Below are positions 1-9,504 of a stretch of DNA of 64,000 nucleotides, one piece after another. Numbering within the stretch: position 1 is the first letter of the stretch; every line of letters begins with the position of its first letter. The stretch is from Alphaproteobacteria bacterium (GTDB lineage Bacteria; Pseudomonadota; Alphaproteobacteria; Bin95). The stretch lies in contig CAXXWS020000003.1 in NCBI GenBank assembly GCA_963665325.3, positions 64,001 to 128,000 on the forward strand, written 5' to 3'. The translations under genes were made by a program, and so were the position numbers. Below the pieces are notes generated by a model. That model did no database searches. It saw nothing but the letters and a program-made list of their open reading frames with translations, and had not been told where the DNA came from.

Positions 1-2135
1 CCGATGCGCTGGCCAGGGCGGAGCTTCTGGCGTCGCTGCCGGCCGCGCACGACTTCCTCATAGGGGCCTCGCGCTCGGCGGGCGAGATCATGCGCCAGCA
101 GATGGTGCTGAACGCGGTCCACGACGCCGGCGAGCAATGGGCGGCGGAAGCCGGCAACGCCGCCGCCTTGCGGGCCTACACCGAGGCCAGGGCCGAAGCC
201 CAGACCGTCTCCGCCTACAGGGCGATCGGGCGCCAGGCCGAGACCTGGGTGCCGCTGCTGCGCATCGTCTTCGAGTGCCTCTATGTCGGCGCGTTCCCGA
301 TGGCGGTGCTGCTCATGCTGACGCCTGCCGGGGCGACGATATTCCGGTCGTATGTGACCGGGCTGGTCTGGCTCCAGTCCTGGGGACCGCTCTATGCGGT
401 GCTGCACCGGATCAGCATGGGGGAGGCGGCGGAACGCATGTCGGCCGCCGCCGCGATGCCGAACGGCGAGATCGGCATCTCGCTGGTCGCCCAGGCCGGC
501 ATCCGGGCGGTCGCCGCCGATGTCGCGGTGATGTCGGGCTACCTCTCGATGTCGGTGCCCTTCCTCGCCGCCGCGCTCGCCTATGGATTGTCGAAAGCCA
601 CGGTGCTCGCGACCTCGGTGCTGGCCGTGGGCCAGGACGCGGCCAGCTCGGCGGCGCATGAGGGCACGACCGGCAATCTGAGTCTGGCCAACACGGGCTA
701 CGACACGCACCGCTTCGCGACGCTGGAGGGCCGCCAGATCCGCACCTCGGCCCACGTCGACAGCGACCGCTATACCGGCTATGCGCCGGCGGGCGCGGGC
801 GTCACGGTGACCGGGGACGGCACCGTCGTCGCCGATGCGGGACAGGCCACCAGCCGCATCCCGGCGGCGGGCGTGCGGCTGTCGGAGGCGGTCGCGACCA
901 GGTTCGAGCAGCGGGCCGACCATTCGCGGTCGCTCTCGCGGCACTGGTCGGCCGAGACCGGCATGGCGCGCAACGCCGCCGTCACCGACGCCACCGCGCT
1001 GATGGAGCGCTACAGCCACGACGTCTCCACGGGCGAGGCGTTTGCGCGCGGGGTCACGGAGAGCGAGAGCGCGCAGGCGCAGGCGCTGGAATCGCATTAC
1101 GAGAAGATGGCGGAGACGGCCGGCATCACGAAGGACCAGGCGGCGGTGCTGACCGGCCAGGCGAAGGTCGGCGGCAGCTGGGACTTCATCGTCACGGTCG
1201 GGGCGGAAGGCTCGGTCAGGTGGCGCGGCCAGACCATCGAATCCGACGCGTGGAACCGGGTGAAGGAATACGACCGCCAGCACGGCGTCACCGAGACCTG
1301 GTCGCAGGTTGCCGAGGCATCGAGACGGTATTCCACGAACACGGGCGACAGCGAGCTCGCGAGCCTCGACGAGAGCCTGTCGGCCAACCTGACGCGCATG
1401 CGCAGCTACCAGGAGCGGGCCTCGCTGGCGCGCCAGGAGGCGGAGAGCTGGTCCGAGCAGGCGTCGCAGGCGGGCTCGAACGTCCAGGCGGTCGAGCGCG
1501 ACCTGAGCCAGCCCTTCTTCGCCTGGCTCTCTGAGAGGGAAGGCGCCGACGGGCGCGCGATCGGCTCGGCCGGCGCGCTGCGCATCGTCCAGCCGCGGAC
1601 CGCGGAGGACGCCGAGCAGCTCCGGGAATACGCCGACGCCTTCGTTGCGGAAAAATTCCCCGCGCCCGCCGGCCCCGATCCGGCGGCGGTCGGCGGAGAG
1701 GCGGAGTACGGCGCCGCCACGGGCGAATTGCGCGACGCCTATGGCCGCGAGACCGCGGCGGGGTACGGCGGCTGGTCGGAGGGGGTGCGCGACCGCGCCG
1801 GCGCGGCGGGCGCGCCCCGGCCGGGCGAGACGGAGCTGCGGGCGATGGAGGAACGGGTCGAGACGAAGACCGACCTCGTGATGAAGGGCACGGCGCGCGA
1901 GGCCCGGCAGACCGTGACGGGCCGGGAGATCGCCGGGGGCCGCGCCGGCGCCTCGGCCGAGACGAGCAAGCCGTTCGAGCGGCATGTGACGGAGAGCCTG
2001 CCGGTGGCCGGCGACTGGCTCGCGGGCAAGCTGTTCGGCAGCGCGAAGAACGCCGTGCCGGACGCCGCGCCCGGCGGCGCCGGGAGCGCCGGACGGCGGC
2101 AGGACGAGAAGGGCTGGGAGGACTCCTCGCCGTGA
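1..2135 (+). CDS. traG: Conjugal transfer mating-pair stabilisation protein TraG (F-type), 5'-truncated by the window
   Basis: ORF 90..2135 in a frame already open at the window start; TraG_N-like membrane segment (PLLRIVFECLYVGAFP...LVWLQSWGPLYAVLH) followed by a long hydrophilic C-terminal region; located upstream of traD/traI. Confidence 0.85.
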   Translation, partial: DALARAELLASLPAAHDFLIGASRSAGEIMRQQMVLNAVHDAGEQWAAEAGNAAALRAYTEARAEAQTVSAYRAIGRQAETWVPLLRIVFECLYVGAFPMAVLLMLTPAGATIFRSYVTGLVWLQSWGPLYAVLHRISMGEAAERMSAAAAMPNGEIGISLVAQAGIRAVAADVAVMSGYLSMSVPFLAAALAYGLSKATVLATSVLAVGQDAASSAAHEGTTGNLSLANTGYDTHRFATLEGRQIRTSAHVDSDRYTGYAPAGAGVTVTGDGTVVADAGQATSRIPAAGVRLSEAVATRFEQRADHSRSLSRHWSAETGMARNAAVTDATALMERYSHDVSTGEAFARGVTESESAQAQALESHYEKMAETAGITKDQAAVLTGQAKVGGSWDFIVTVGAEGSVRWRGQTIESDAWNRVKEYDRQHGVTETWSQVAEASRRYSTNTGDSELASLDESLSANLTRMRSYQERASLARQEAESWSEQASQAGSNVQAVERDLSQPFFAWLSEREGADGRAIGSAGALRIVQPRTAEDAEQLREYADAFVAEKFPAPAGPDPAAVGGEAEYGAATGELRDAYGRETAAGYGGWSEGVRDRAGAAGAPRPGETELRAMEERVETKTDLVMKGTAREARQTVTGREIAGGRAGASAETSKPFERHVTESLPVAGDWLAGKLFGSAKNAVPDAAPGGAGSAGRRQDEKGWEDSSP

Positions 2136-2158
2136 GGCGGGACGCGGAAACCCCGGTC

Positions 2159-2527
2159 TCAATCCCTGCGCGTCAGCCGTTCGTTCTCCTCGGCGATGCG
2201 CAGATGGGTGTAGGACCCGCTCTTCGTGGACCACTCGATCGTATCGCGGTTGTCGAACGGTTCGACACGGTGAAACGCCCGCCAGTCGCCGTCGCGGACG
2301 CTCCGCCCGAGCGCGAGCGCCAGAGAGGACAGGAAGGCCCGGACGAGCGCCGCCAGCCAGGCCGCGGCGACGGTCTCCAGGTCGAGGCCGAGCGCCGGCG
2401 CAACGGGGGTGCAGAGCGCCGCAAGGGCGATGCCGCTGAGCACGATGGCGCGTTCGCTCCCTGTGGGCGGGCGCGATCCCGGGGCGGTGTCCGGCTCCCG
2501 GTCCGGCGCGGTCGATCTGCGGGTCAT
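2159..2527 (-). CDS. Small membrane protein convergent with traG; candidate entry-exclusion protein
   Basis: ATG at 2527 preceded by GGGAGA; 122 aa with two hydrophobic stretches (AIVLSGIALAALCTPV, VAAAWLAALVRAFLSSLALAL). Function inferred from position only. Confidence 0.55.
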   Translation of the reverse strand: MTRRSTAPDREPDTAPGSRPPTGSERAIVLSGIALAALCTPVAPALGLDLETVAAAWLAALVRAFLSSLALALGRSVRDGDWRAFHRVEPFDNRDTIEWSTKSGSYTHLRIAEENERLTRRD

Positions 2528-2649
2528 GGTAACGGTCTCCCATTCTACGGGGCGGAGCGTCTTCCTCCGCCCCGGCCATCCTCGTCCCGCCCCGGGCCGG
2601 TCTCCGCCTCCTGGCGGCGATTCACCCACGCTGAGCCAGGGAGACCGTA

Positions 2650-4743
2650 ATGCGCGGCATCGGCGGCAGCACGCTGCGGGGCGGCCAGACCGTCTTCCAC
2701 GGCATCCGCATGTGGGGCCAGCTGTTCCAGGCCGCCCTGCTGTTCGCCGCCTTCATGACCGTCGCGGTGCCGGCCTGGAACCTCTGGCGCTCGACCTCAG
2801 GCGCGGAATGGTATGCCGCGGGCATGGTGACACTGGCCGAGACCAAGCTCGCGCTCGGCTACGAGCGGGACTCGGGCCAGGAAATCCGCTTTCCCGACGG
2901 CACCCGCCGGGTACTCGCCATCCGCGACATCGCCGTCTCGGTGCCGGCTCTCGAGGCGCGCGAGAAGCTCCTGGACGAACTACTGGCCAGCGCCTGGCTG
3001 GGCCTCAAGACGGGCGGCGGGCTGATCGCGGTCTTTCTCGTGGCGTTCTGGTACCGCGGCGCGCGGCTCGGGCGCCAGCGCCGCCTGCGGGGCGCCGAGC
3101 TGGTGAGCGCGGCCGAGCTGCGCCGCCGGGTGCGCCCGGCGCACCTGCGCCTGCTCGACCGCGCGCCCGGCTCAGGCAGCGTGCGGCCCTGGCGCATCGC
3201 CGGCATCCCGTATCCCGAGAGGACCGAGACCCAGCACACGATCGTCTCGGGCACCACCGGCTCGGGCAAGACGGTGCTGATCTCGGACCTGGTGGCCCAG
3301 ATCCGCGCCCGCGGCGAGCGCTGCGTGATCTACGACAAGATGGGCTCCTACACCGCGGCCTTCTTCGATCCCGCCCGCGACGTGCTGATGAACCCGCTCG
3401 ATGCCCGGGCGCCCTGCTGGTCGCCCTTCCTCGAAGCCAGGAACCCCCGCGACTTCGACATGATGGCCGCCGCGCTGATCCCGCAGCAGAAGGACACCGT
3501 GGACCCCTTCTGGGTGACGGCGGCACGCCAGCTCTTCGCCAACGGCGCGGGCGTGCTGCGCGAGAAGGGCGTCACGCAGAACCGGGTGCTGGTCGACCAC
3601 CTGCTGAAGACCGACCTCACCGCGCTCGCCCAGGCGATGGAGGGCACGGTCGCGCAGTCGATCGTCGATCCCGAGAACCCCAAGACCGCGCTCTCGGTGC
3701 GCGCCATGCTGACCGCCAATCTCGCCGCCTTCGAGTTCCTGCCCGACGAGGGCACGCCCTTCTCGATCCGGGAGTGGATCTCCCGGGAGCGGCAGGACGG
3801 ATTCCTGTTCCTGACCTCGCGCGGCGACCAGCATGCCAGTCTCAGGGGGCTGATCTCGACCTGGCTGGAAATCGCGGTCAACGCCATGCTGTCGCTCGCC
3901 CAGGACGATGGCAGGCGCATCTGGGTGATCCTCGACGAGCTGCCGACCTTGCACCAGGTGCCCTCGCTCCAGCCCGGCCTCGCCGAGTCCCGCCAGTTCG
4001 GCGGCTGCTTCGTGCTCGGGGTCCAGGTCGCCTCGGCGCTGCGCGACCTCTACGGCAGGAACGGCGCGGAGACCATCTCGGGCTTGTGCGGCACGCGGGT
4101 GGTGCTGGCCGCCCCGGACCGGGATACCGCGCAGTGGTCCGCCGACAGCCTGGGCCGCAGCGAGGTCGAGGAGATCGCCGAGGGCTACTCCTACGGCGCC
4201 AACACCATCCGCGACGGCGTCTCGCTCACCCCGCGGCGCGAGCTGCGCGCGCTGGCCCTGCCGTCGGAGATCATGCGGCTTGAGAACCTGGAGGGCTATC
4301 TCAAGTTCCCCGGCCCCTTCCCGGTCGCCTCGATCCGGCTCCGGTATGTGAAACGCCCCGCCGCCGCCGAGCGCTTCGTGCCGCGCGAGGAGGGCGCGGA
4401 GCTGTCCGCACGGCCGGAAGACGCGGCCGCTGCCGGGGACGCGCCCGTCGAAGTGCTTGCGGAAGACGGGGAATCGGGGACTCCGGAGTCCGCGTTCCGG
4501 CGGGGCGAGCCGAACCTGCCGCCGCTTCCGGAAGAGACGGACATCGCACCGTCCCGCCGCAATGGCGTTGCGGATGCGGCTGCCGGCGACGGGACCGGCC
4601 CCGGCAAGGCCGGCAACCGGCCGGACGCGCCGGCGCCGGCGGCCGGGGCGCGAGGCGACGGGGAGCCCGATGCCGGCCCCGGACCGGCGGCGAAGCCCTC
4701 CGCCGGCACGGAGGAGCCCGCCGCGCGCCCCGACTGGGTCTGA
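2650..4743 (+). CDS. traD: Type IV coupling protein TraD (TrwB/TraD family)
   Basis: Two N-terminal TM helices, Walker A GTTGSGKT, IYDKMG, Walker B VILDELPTL, ESRQFGG motif, acidic low-complexity tail; RBS GGGAGA. Confidence 0.93.
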   Translation: MRGIGGSTLRGGQTVFHGIRMWGQLFQAALLFAAFMTVAVPAWNLWRSTSGAEWYAAGMVTLAETKLALGYERDSGQEIRFPDGTRRVLAIRDIAVSVPALEAREKLLDELLASAWLGLKTGGGLIAVFLVAFWYRGARLGRQRRLRGAELVSAAELRRRVRPAHLRLLDRAPGSGSVRPWRIAGIPYPERTETQHTIVSGTTGSGKTVLISDLVAQIRARGERCVIYDKMGSYTAAFFDPARDVLMNPLDARAPCWSPFLEARNPRDFDMMAAALIPQQKDTVDPFWVTAARQLFANGAGVLREKGVTQNRVLVDHLLKTDLTALAQAMEGTVAQSIVDPENPKTALSVRAMLTANLAAFEFLPDEGTPFSIREWISRERQDGFLFLTSRGDQHASLRGLISTWLEIAVNAMLSLAQDDGRRIWVILDELPTLHQVPSLQPGLAESRQFGGCFVLGVQVASALRDLYGRNGAETISGLCGTRVVLAAPDRDTAQWSADSLGRSEVEEIAEGYSYGANTIRDGVSLTPRRELRALALPSEIMRLENLEGYLKFPGPFPVASIRLRYVKRPAAAERFVPREEGAELSARPEDAAAAGDAPVEVLAEDGESGTPESAFRRGEPNLPPLPEETDIAPSRRNGVADAAAGDGTGPGKAGNRPDAPAPAAGARGDGEPDAGPGPAAKPSAGTEEPAARPDWV

Positions 4744-4744
4744 C

Positions 4745-7735
4745 ATGCTGTCGATCGGCGCGCTCGCCTCGGCGTCGCAGGGCGCGTCCTATTACGAACG
4801 CGACGGCTACTACTCGAAGGACGATCCGGAGCACCGCGCCGCCAGCGCCTGGGCGGGCAAGGGGGCCGAAGCGCTCGGCCTGAAGGGGCCGGTCGATCCC
4901 GACACCTTCCGCGCCGTGCTCGAGGGCCGGGTGCCCGACGGTTCCGGACGGCAGCTCGGCCGGCGCGGGAGGGACGGGGAGATCCTCCACCGTCCCGGCC
5001 GCGACCTGACCTTCAGCGCCCCCAAGTCCGTCTCCCTCGCGGCGCTGGCCGGCGGCGACGAACGCATCGTGGACGCGCATGACCGCGCCGTCGCGGCCAC
5101 CCTCGCCTGGGTCGAGGGGAACGCCGCCGAGACCCGCATGAAGGATGCCGACACGGGCAAGATGGCGCGGGTCGGCAACCAGAAGATCGTCGCCGCCCGC
5201 TTCAGGCACGATACGTCCCGCAACCTCGATCCCCAGCTCCACACCCATGCCGTCCTCGCCAACATGGTGCAGGCGGAAGACGGCAAGTGGCGCAGCATGG
5301 CCAACGAGCGGCTCTACGGATCGAAGATGCTGCTCGGCGCGCTCTACCGCGGCGAGCTGGCCGCCTCGCTGGCGCGGCTCGGCTACGGGGTAGAGAAGAC
5401 CCATGCCGACGGGCGCTTCGAGATCGCGGGCGTGCCGCGCGGGGTCGTCGAGGCCTTCTCGACGCGGCGCGCCGAGATCGAGGCGGCGATGAGCGAACGC
5501 GGGCTCGGCGGCTCCGCCGGCAATCCGCGCCTTGCCGAGCGTGCCGCGCTGATGACCCGGGCGGGCAAGCGCGACATCGACCGCGGGGAGCTGCGGGACG
5601 TGTGGGCGAAACAGGCCGCGGATCTCGGCTTCGACGCGCAGGCGCTGGTGGCCGGCGCCCTCGCCCGCTCCGCCTCGGCGCAGCGCGAGGCCCCGGAGGC
5701 GGGCAGGGAGCGGGACCCGGCGGGTCCGGCGCCGGGCGAGGCCCGCACGGCGCCGGCGGCAGACACAGCGCAGCGCGAGGCGGCGGCGCAAGGGCCGTGT
5801 GCGGCGTCGCGGGCCGTCGCCTGGGCGCTGGCGCATCTCTCGGAGCGCGAGGCGGTGTTCGCGCGCACCGACCTGCTCGCCGCCGCGCTCGCCCATGCGC
5901 CCGGCAAGTCGACGATCGGCGAGGTCGAGCGCGAGGTGGCCGCCCTGGAGAAGGCCGGCGCGCTGCACGCCGTCGACATCCCCGGCGCGGAGGAGTCGCT
6001 GGCGACCGCGAAGACCGTCGCCGAGGAGCGCGAGACGATCGCGTCGATGCGGGCGGGCGCGGGCCGGGGACAGGCCGCGATGCGGAGCTGGATGGTCCAG
6101 GGGCACCTCAACAAGGGACCGCTCACGGCCGGCCAGAAGGAGGCCGTGAAGCTGATCCTGTCGGCGAAGGACCGCACGGTCGGCGTCCAGGGCTATGCCG
6201 GCACCGGCAAGACCACGATGCTGAACCGCGCGCGGGTGCTGGCGGCGAAGAAGGGATACCGCATGGCGGGCCTCGCGCCCTCGGCCTCGGCGGTGCGGAC
6301 GCTCGCCGCGGAAGCCGGCATCGAGTCCGAGACCCTGCAGCGCTTCCTCGCCCGCAACGCGGGCGTCGCCGAGGGCCGTCTCACGAGGAAGGGCGCGAGG
6401 GAGATGCGCGCCGCGTTCGCGAAGACGATCCTGGTGGTCGACGAGGGCTCGCTTGCCTCCACCGTGCAGGCCCGCGACCTCTTGAGGATCGCCAACGCGC
6501 TGCGCATCCCCCGCGTGGTGCTGGTCGGCGACGCGAAGCAGCTCGACGCCGTCGATGCCGGCAAGCCCTTCGCCCAGCTCCAGGCCGCCGGTATGCGGAC
6601 CGCGGTGATGGACGAGATCATGCGCCAGCGCGATCCCGACCTGAAGGAAGCCGTCGAGGCGAGCCTGAAAGGCGATGTCGAGAAGGCGTTCGAGAAGCTC
6701 GGAAGCAATGTCGCCGAGGTGAAGCCCGACAATATCGCGGGCGCGGTGGCCGCGCGGTGGCTCAGGCTCTCGCCGGAGCAACGCGAGAATACCGGCGTCA
6801 TGGCGCCGTCGCACGAGCTCAGGCAGGCGGTCAATGGGCATATCCGGGAGCGCCTCGCCCGCGAGGGGCGCATCCGCGGGCCCTCGATGCAGGGCGAACG
6901 CCTGGTGTCGAAGGGCTACACCGGTGCCGAGAAAGCGCTCGCGGACAATTACAGTCCCGGAGACATGGTCGCGTTCCACCGCCCCTACAGGCGGATCGGC
7001 GTCGAAAAGGGTGACGAGCGGCGCGTCGCGGGGGTCGACCGCAAGGCCCGCGCGGTGCTGCTCGACGACGGCAGGGGCGGGACGGCCGCCTGGAAACCCG
7101 GAGAGATCGGCGGGCGCCGGGGCGGCAGCGAGGTCTACCGCGTCGAGGAAATCGAGCTCCGGGCGGGCGACCGCATCCGCTGGACCCGCAACGATGCCGG
7201 CCTCGGGCTGGTCAACAGCCGCACCGCCGAGGTGGTCGCGATGAAGGACGGCCGGGTGACCTTCCGCCTGGAGGACGGGAAGACGCTGGAACTCGGGTCG
7301 AACGATCCGCAGCTGCGCCATCTCGACCATGCCTGGGCGTCGACCGTGCACGCCTTCCAGGGGCGCACGGTCGACAATGTCATCGCCGCCATGGAGGCAA
7401 GGCACAAGCATCTGACGACGCAGAAGAGCTTCTATGTCGAGATATCCCGCGCCCGCGACCGGGCCGAGCTGGTCACCGACGACGCGGCCGAACTCAGGGC
7501 GCAGCTCCAGGCGGTCACCGGCGAGCGCATCGCGGCGCTCGAAGGGATCGGCGAGGCGGCGCGCGAGGCGAAGGAAAGGGCCGCCGGGGCCGCGCCGGCG
7601 GGCCGGATGCAGCCGGATCGGGGAGCCGGACCGGATGCCGGGAAGACACCGGACGGGCCGGCCTCGCCCTCGAAGGAGAGGGAGACGCCCGCGCCGTCGC
7701 GCGGCCGGGGCGCCGAGAGGGACCTCGGACTGTAG
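4745..7735 (+). CDS. traI: MOBF conjugative relaxase-helicase (TrwC/TraI)
   Basis: True start MLSIG at 4745; YYERDGYY tyrosines, DLTFSAPKSVS, HDTSRNLDPQLHTHAV (HUH motif), RecD-like helicase GYAGTGKT, VDEGS, HAWASTVHAFQGRTVD. Confidence 0.96.
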   Translation: MLSIGALASASQGASYYERDGYYSKDDPEHRAASAWAGKGAEALGLKGPVDPDTFRAVLEGRVPDGSGRQLGRRGRDGEILHRPGRDLTFSAPKSVSLAALAGGDERIVDAHDRAVAATLAWVEGNAAETRMKDADTGKMARVGNQKIVAARFRHDTSRNLDPQLHTHAVLANMVQAEDGKWRSMANERLYGSKMLLGALYRGELAASLARLGYGVEKTHADGRFEIAGVPRGVVEAFSTRRAEIEAAMSERGLGGSAGNPRLAERAALMTRAGKRDIDRGELRDVWAKQAADLGFDAQALVAGALARSASAQREAPEAGRERDPAGPAPGEARTAPAADTAQREAAAQGPCAASRAVAWALAHLSEREAVFARTDLLAAALAHAPGKSTIGEVEREVAALEKAGALHAVDIPGAEESLATAKTVAEERETIASMRAGAGRGQAAMRSWMVQGHLNKGPLTAGQKEAVKLILSAKDRTVGVQGYAGTGKTTMLNRARVLAAKKGYRMAGLAPSASAVRTLAAEAGIESETLQRFLARNAGVAEGRLTRKGAREMRAAFAKTILVVDEGSLASTVQARDLLRIANALRIPRVVLVGDAKQLDAVDAGKPFAQLQAAGMRTAVMDEIMRQRDPDLKEAVEASLKGDVEKAFEKLGSNVAEVKPDNIAGAVAARWLRLSPEQRENTGVMAPSHELRQAVNGHIRERLAREGRIRGPSMQGERLVSKGYTGAEKALADNYSPGDMVAFHRPYRRIGVEKGDERRVAGVDRKARAVLLDDGRGGTAAWKPGEIGGRRGGSEVYRVEEIELRAGDRIRWTRNDAGLGLVNSRTAEVVAMKDGRVTFRLEDGKTLELGSNDPQLRHLDHAWASTVHAFQGRTVDNVIAAMEARHKHLTTQKSFYVEISRARDRAELVTDDAAELRAQLQAVTGERIAALEGIGEAAREAKERAAGAAPAGRMQPDRGAGPDAGKTPDGPASPSKERETPAPSRGRGAERDLGL

Positions 7736-7816
7736 CGGTCCGGTGCGCAGGACTCGTGCGCGAGGGCAGGGAAGACGCCGCTCCCGGCCTGAAACCGCCC
7801 GTTCAGGAGGCATGGA

Positions 7817-8185
7817 ATGGACAGCAAGCGACCCGATACGGCGCCGGACGAGGCCGGCAGGACGGCGAAGCGCACGCCGCGCACGATCAGGTTCCTCGAC
7901 CCCGAGTGGCGGCGCATCGAGGCCTTCGCGGACCGTCGCGGCCTGACCGGGCCCGAGTTCGTGCGTTTCGCCGCGCTCGCGGCGATGGAGGAGGCGCCTG
8001 CGGCGCCCGGTTCGTGCGACCGGCTGGCCCCGCTGATCGAGCGGACCTTCCGCTACGCCCATGTGCTCGCGAGCGCCATGCGCGGCAGGATGCTCGACGG
8101 GGGCCGCGAGAAGGAGCTCGAAGAGCTGGTCGCCGCCGCCCGCGCGTTGCAGGATGAACTGCTGGGCGACGGCCAAGCCGAGTGA
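7817..8185 (+). CDS. Small DNA-binding protein (ribbon-helix-helix-like), probable relaxosome accessory factor
   Basis: RBS AGGAGG; N-terminal RTPRTIRFLDPEWRRIEAFADRRGLTGPEFVRFAALAAM has a strand-helix-helix pattern; lies between the relaxase gene and the oriT-like site. Confidence 0.6.
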   Translation: MDSKRPDTAPDEAGRTAKRTPRTIRFLDPEWRRIEAFADRRGLTGPEFVRFAALAAMEEAPAAPGSCDRLAPLIERTFRYAHVLASAMRGRMLDGGREKELEELVAAARALQDELLGDGQAE

Positions 8186-8311
8186 ACGCGGCCGCGGCGC
8201 AGCCCCAGGTGGACTTCTCCATCCGGATCGGGGGCTCTCCCGGGCACATCGACGGCCCTGGCGAGGGCGACGGAATCCCCCCGGGACCGCCGATGCCGCG
8301 AAGACAGGGGC

Positions 8312-8468
8312 GGTTCCCCGGAGAACCGCGGCCCTATGGAGGCGATGCTCTGGAGCATCGCGGGCCGAAATCGGCGATGCTCCAGAGCATCGGGGCCGGT
8401 TCTCCAGAGAATCGCGCCACACAAACCTCAATGATATCAGCGCCTTGTCCGCGCATCTCCAGAGCATC
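8312..8468. repeat. Five related 16-bp imperfect palindromes (core CTC-NN-GAG), putative protein-binding array
   Basis: GGTTCCCCGGAGAACC (8312), GATGCTCTGGAGCATC (8344), GATGCTCCAGAGCATC (8376), GGTTCTCCAGAGAATC (8398), GCATCTCCAGAGCATC (8453); start-to-start spacing 32, 32, 22, 55 bp. Confidence 0.8.
8435..8447 (+). promoter_or_regulatory. Putative IHF binding site within the oriT region
   Basis: TATCAGCGCCTTG matches the IHF consensus WATCARNNNNTTR and has an A-rich flank. Confidence 0.5.
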
Positions 8469-8558
8469 GACTCGGTCCAACATGCACAGGACGCCGCCAG
8501 GCGGTGTTTGGCGGCAAATGGCGGGCTCCGGCGGGGCAGGTGCACACCTGGCACGACA

Positions 8559-8585
8559 GCATCGTCGATGCGTCGGGTGTGAGAA
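8559..8585 (+). other. Putative oriT nic site (MOBF type), nick after 8580
   Basis: GCATC-GTC-GATGC hairpin followed by GTCGGGTGT^GAGA; compare F nic TGCGTGGGGTGT^GGTG and the short R388 hairpin GCACC-GAAA-GGTGC preceding its nic. Confidence 0.7.
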
Positions 8586-9504
8586 CCGAGCCGCCTCCGG
8601 CGTCGAAAGCAGCACCGACAGGCGGCATTCATGATGGGGGAATCGTCGCCGGGGAACCCGGCGGAGAGGAGCCGCCACGGCGATTTGAGTGGCGGGCGAT
8701 GCGGCCGGAGCCGCGGGCAGTCGTGCGCAGCACGCTGCCGGAGGCGAAGCCGGTGCTGTCCGCACCGGTGCGGACAGTCGTGCACGGCGCAGTGCGGAGG
8801 CCGGTGTCCGGCGAAGCCGGCATCGGCGACGCACGGAGTGCTGCGGCGACGAGCACGGCGCGCAGCGCCGGCGCGAGGATGACGAGGCCAGAGTTCGGCA
8901 TCGTGTCCGGGAGGAATGCACGGCGCGGCGGGCTCTTTGCCAAGCGGAGCGCGGAGTGAGCGCGAGCGAACGGAGGCGACAGGGATTGCAGTGGAAATCG
9001 CCCGCAGGGCGATTGGAGCGGAAAGCCCGGCCGCGAAGCGGGTCGCCCGGAATCATCGCAGGCTCGCGCGCATGGGTACTCCTGGCCAGCAGCATCGGCG
9101 CGAGCACCATCCGCAACATCTGGATCATCGTCGTGATCGTCACCCGCACCATGATGGTCGCCTTCATCGCCGCCGTCACCGTGCTGCGGCGAGCATCGCC
9201 GTCGGTCGCACCGACAGCACGAACAGGGATGCCGATATGGACGACGGCATCGTGACCGACGCTACCGGAACGTTGATGGGAGGGACAACACTGCGCGTAC
9301 CGGTGCTGATGAATGGAACGCTGCTGATGTTGGTGCCGACGACAAGCGGCGGAGCCGCCGCGGAGCGTGCCGCGCGCAGCGCGGCGCGCGACGCGAAGGC
9401 GAGCGCCGGTGGCGGCGGCGGGGTCCGAGCAAAACGAGAGAGCCGCGCCGCCCGCCCCGGTTTGCGGTCCGGGGGAGCGGCGCGGCCCGTGTTGGCGTTG
9501 CACG

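Noticed and set aside
4457-4744. N-terminal extension of the relaxase in the ORF track
   Set aside because: It overlaps traD; MOBF relaxases begin at the MLS motif (4745).
8312-8468. Palindromic repeats as a possible CRISPR array
   Set aside because: Repeats are only 16 bp, degenerate and irregularly spaced, with no cas genes; better explained as oriT binding sites.
4301-8785. 1494-aa minus-strand ORF
   Set aside because: Antisense shadow of traD/traI; high GC suppresses stop codons and no motifs are present.
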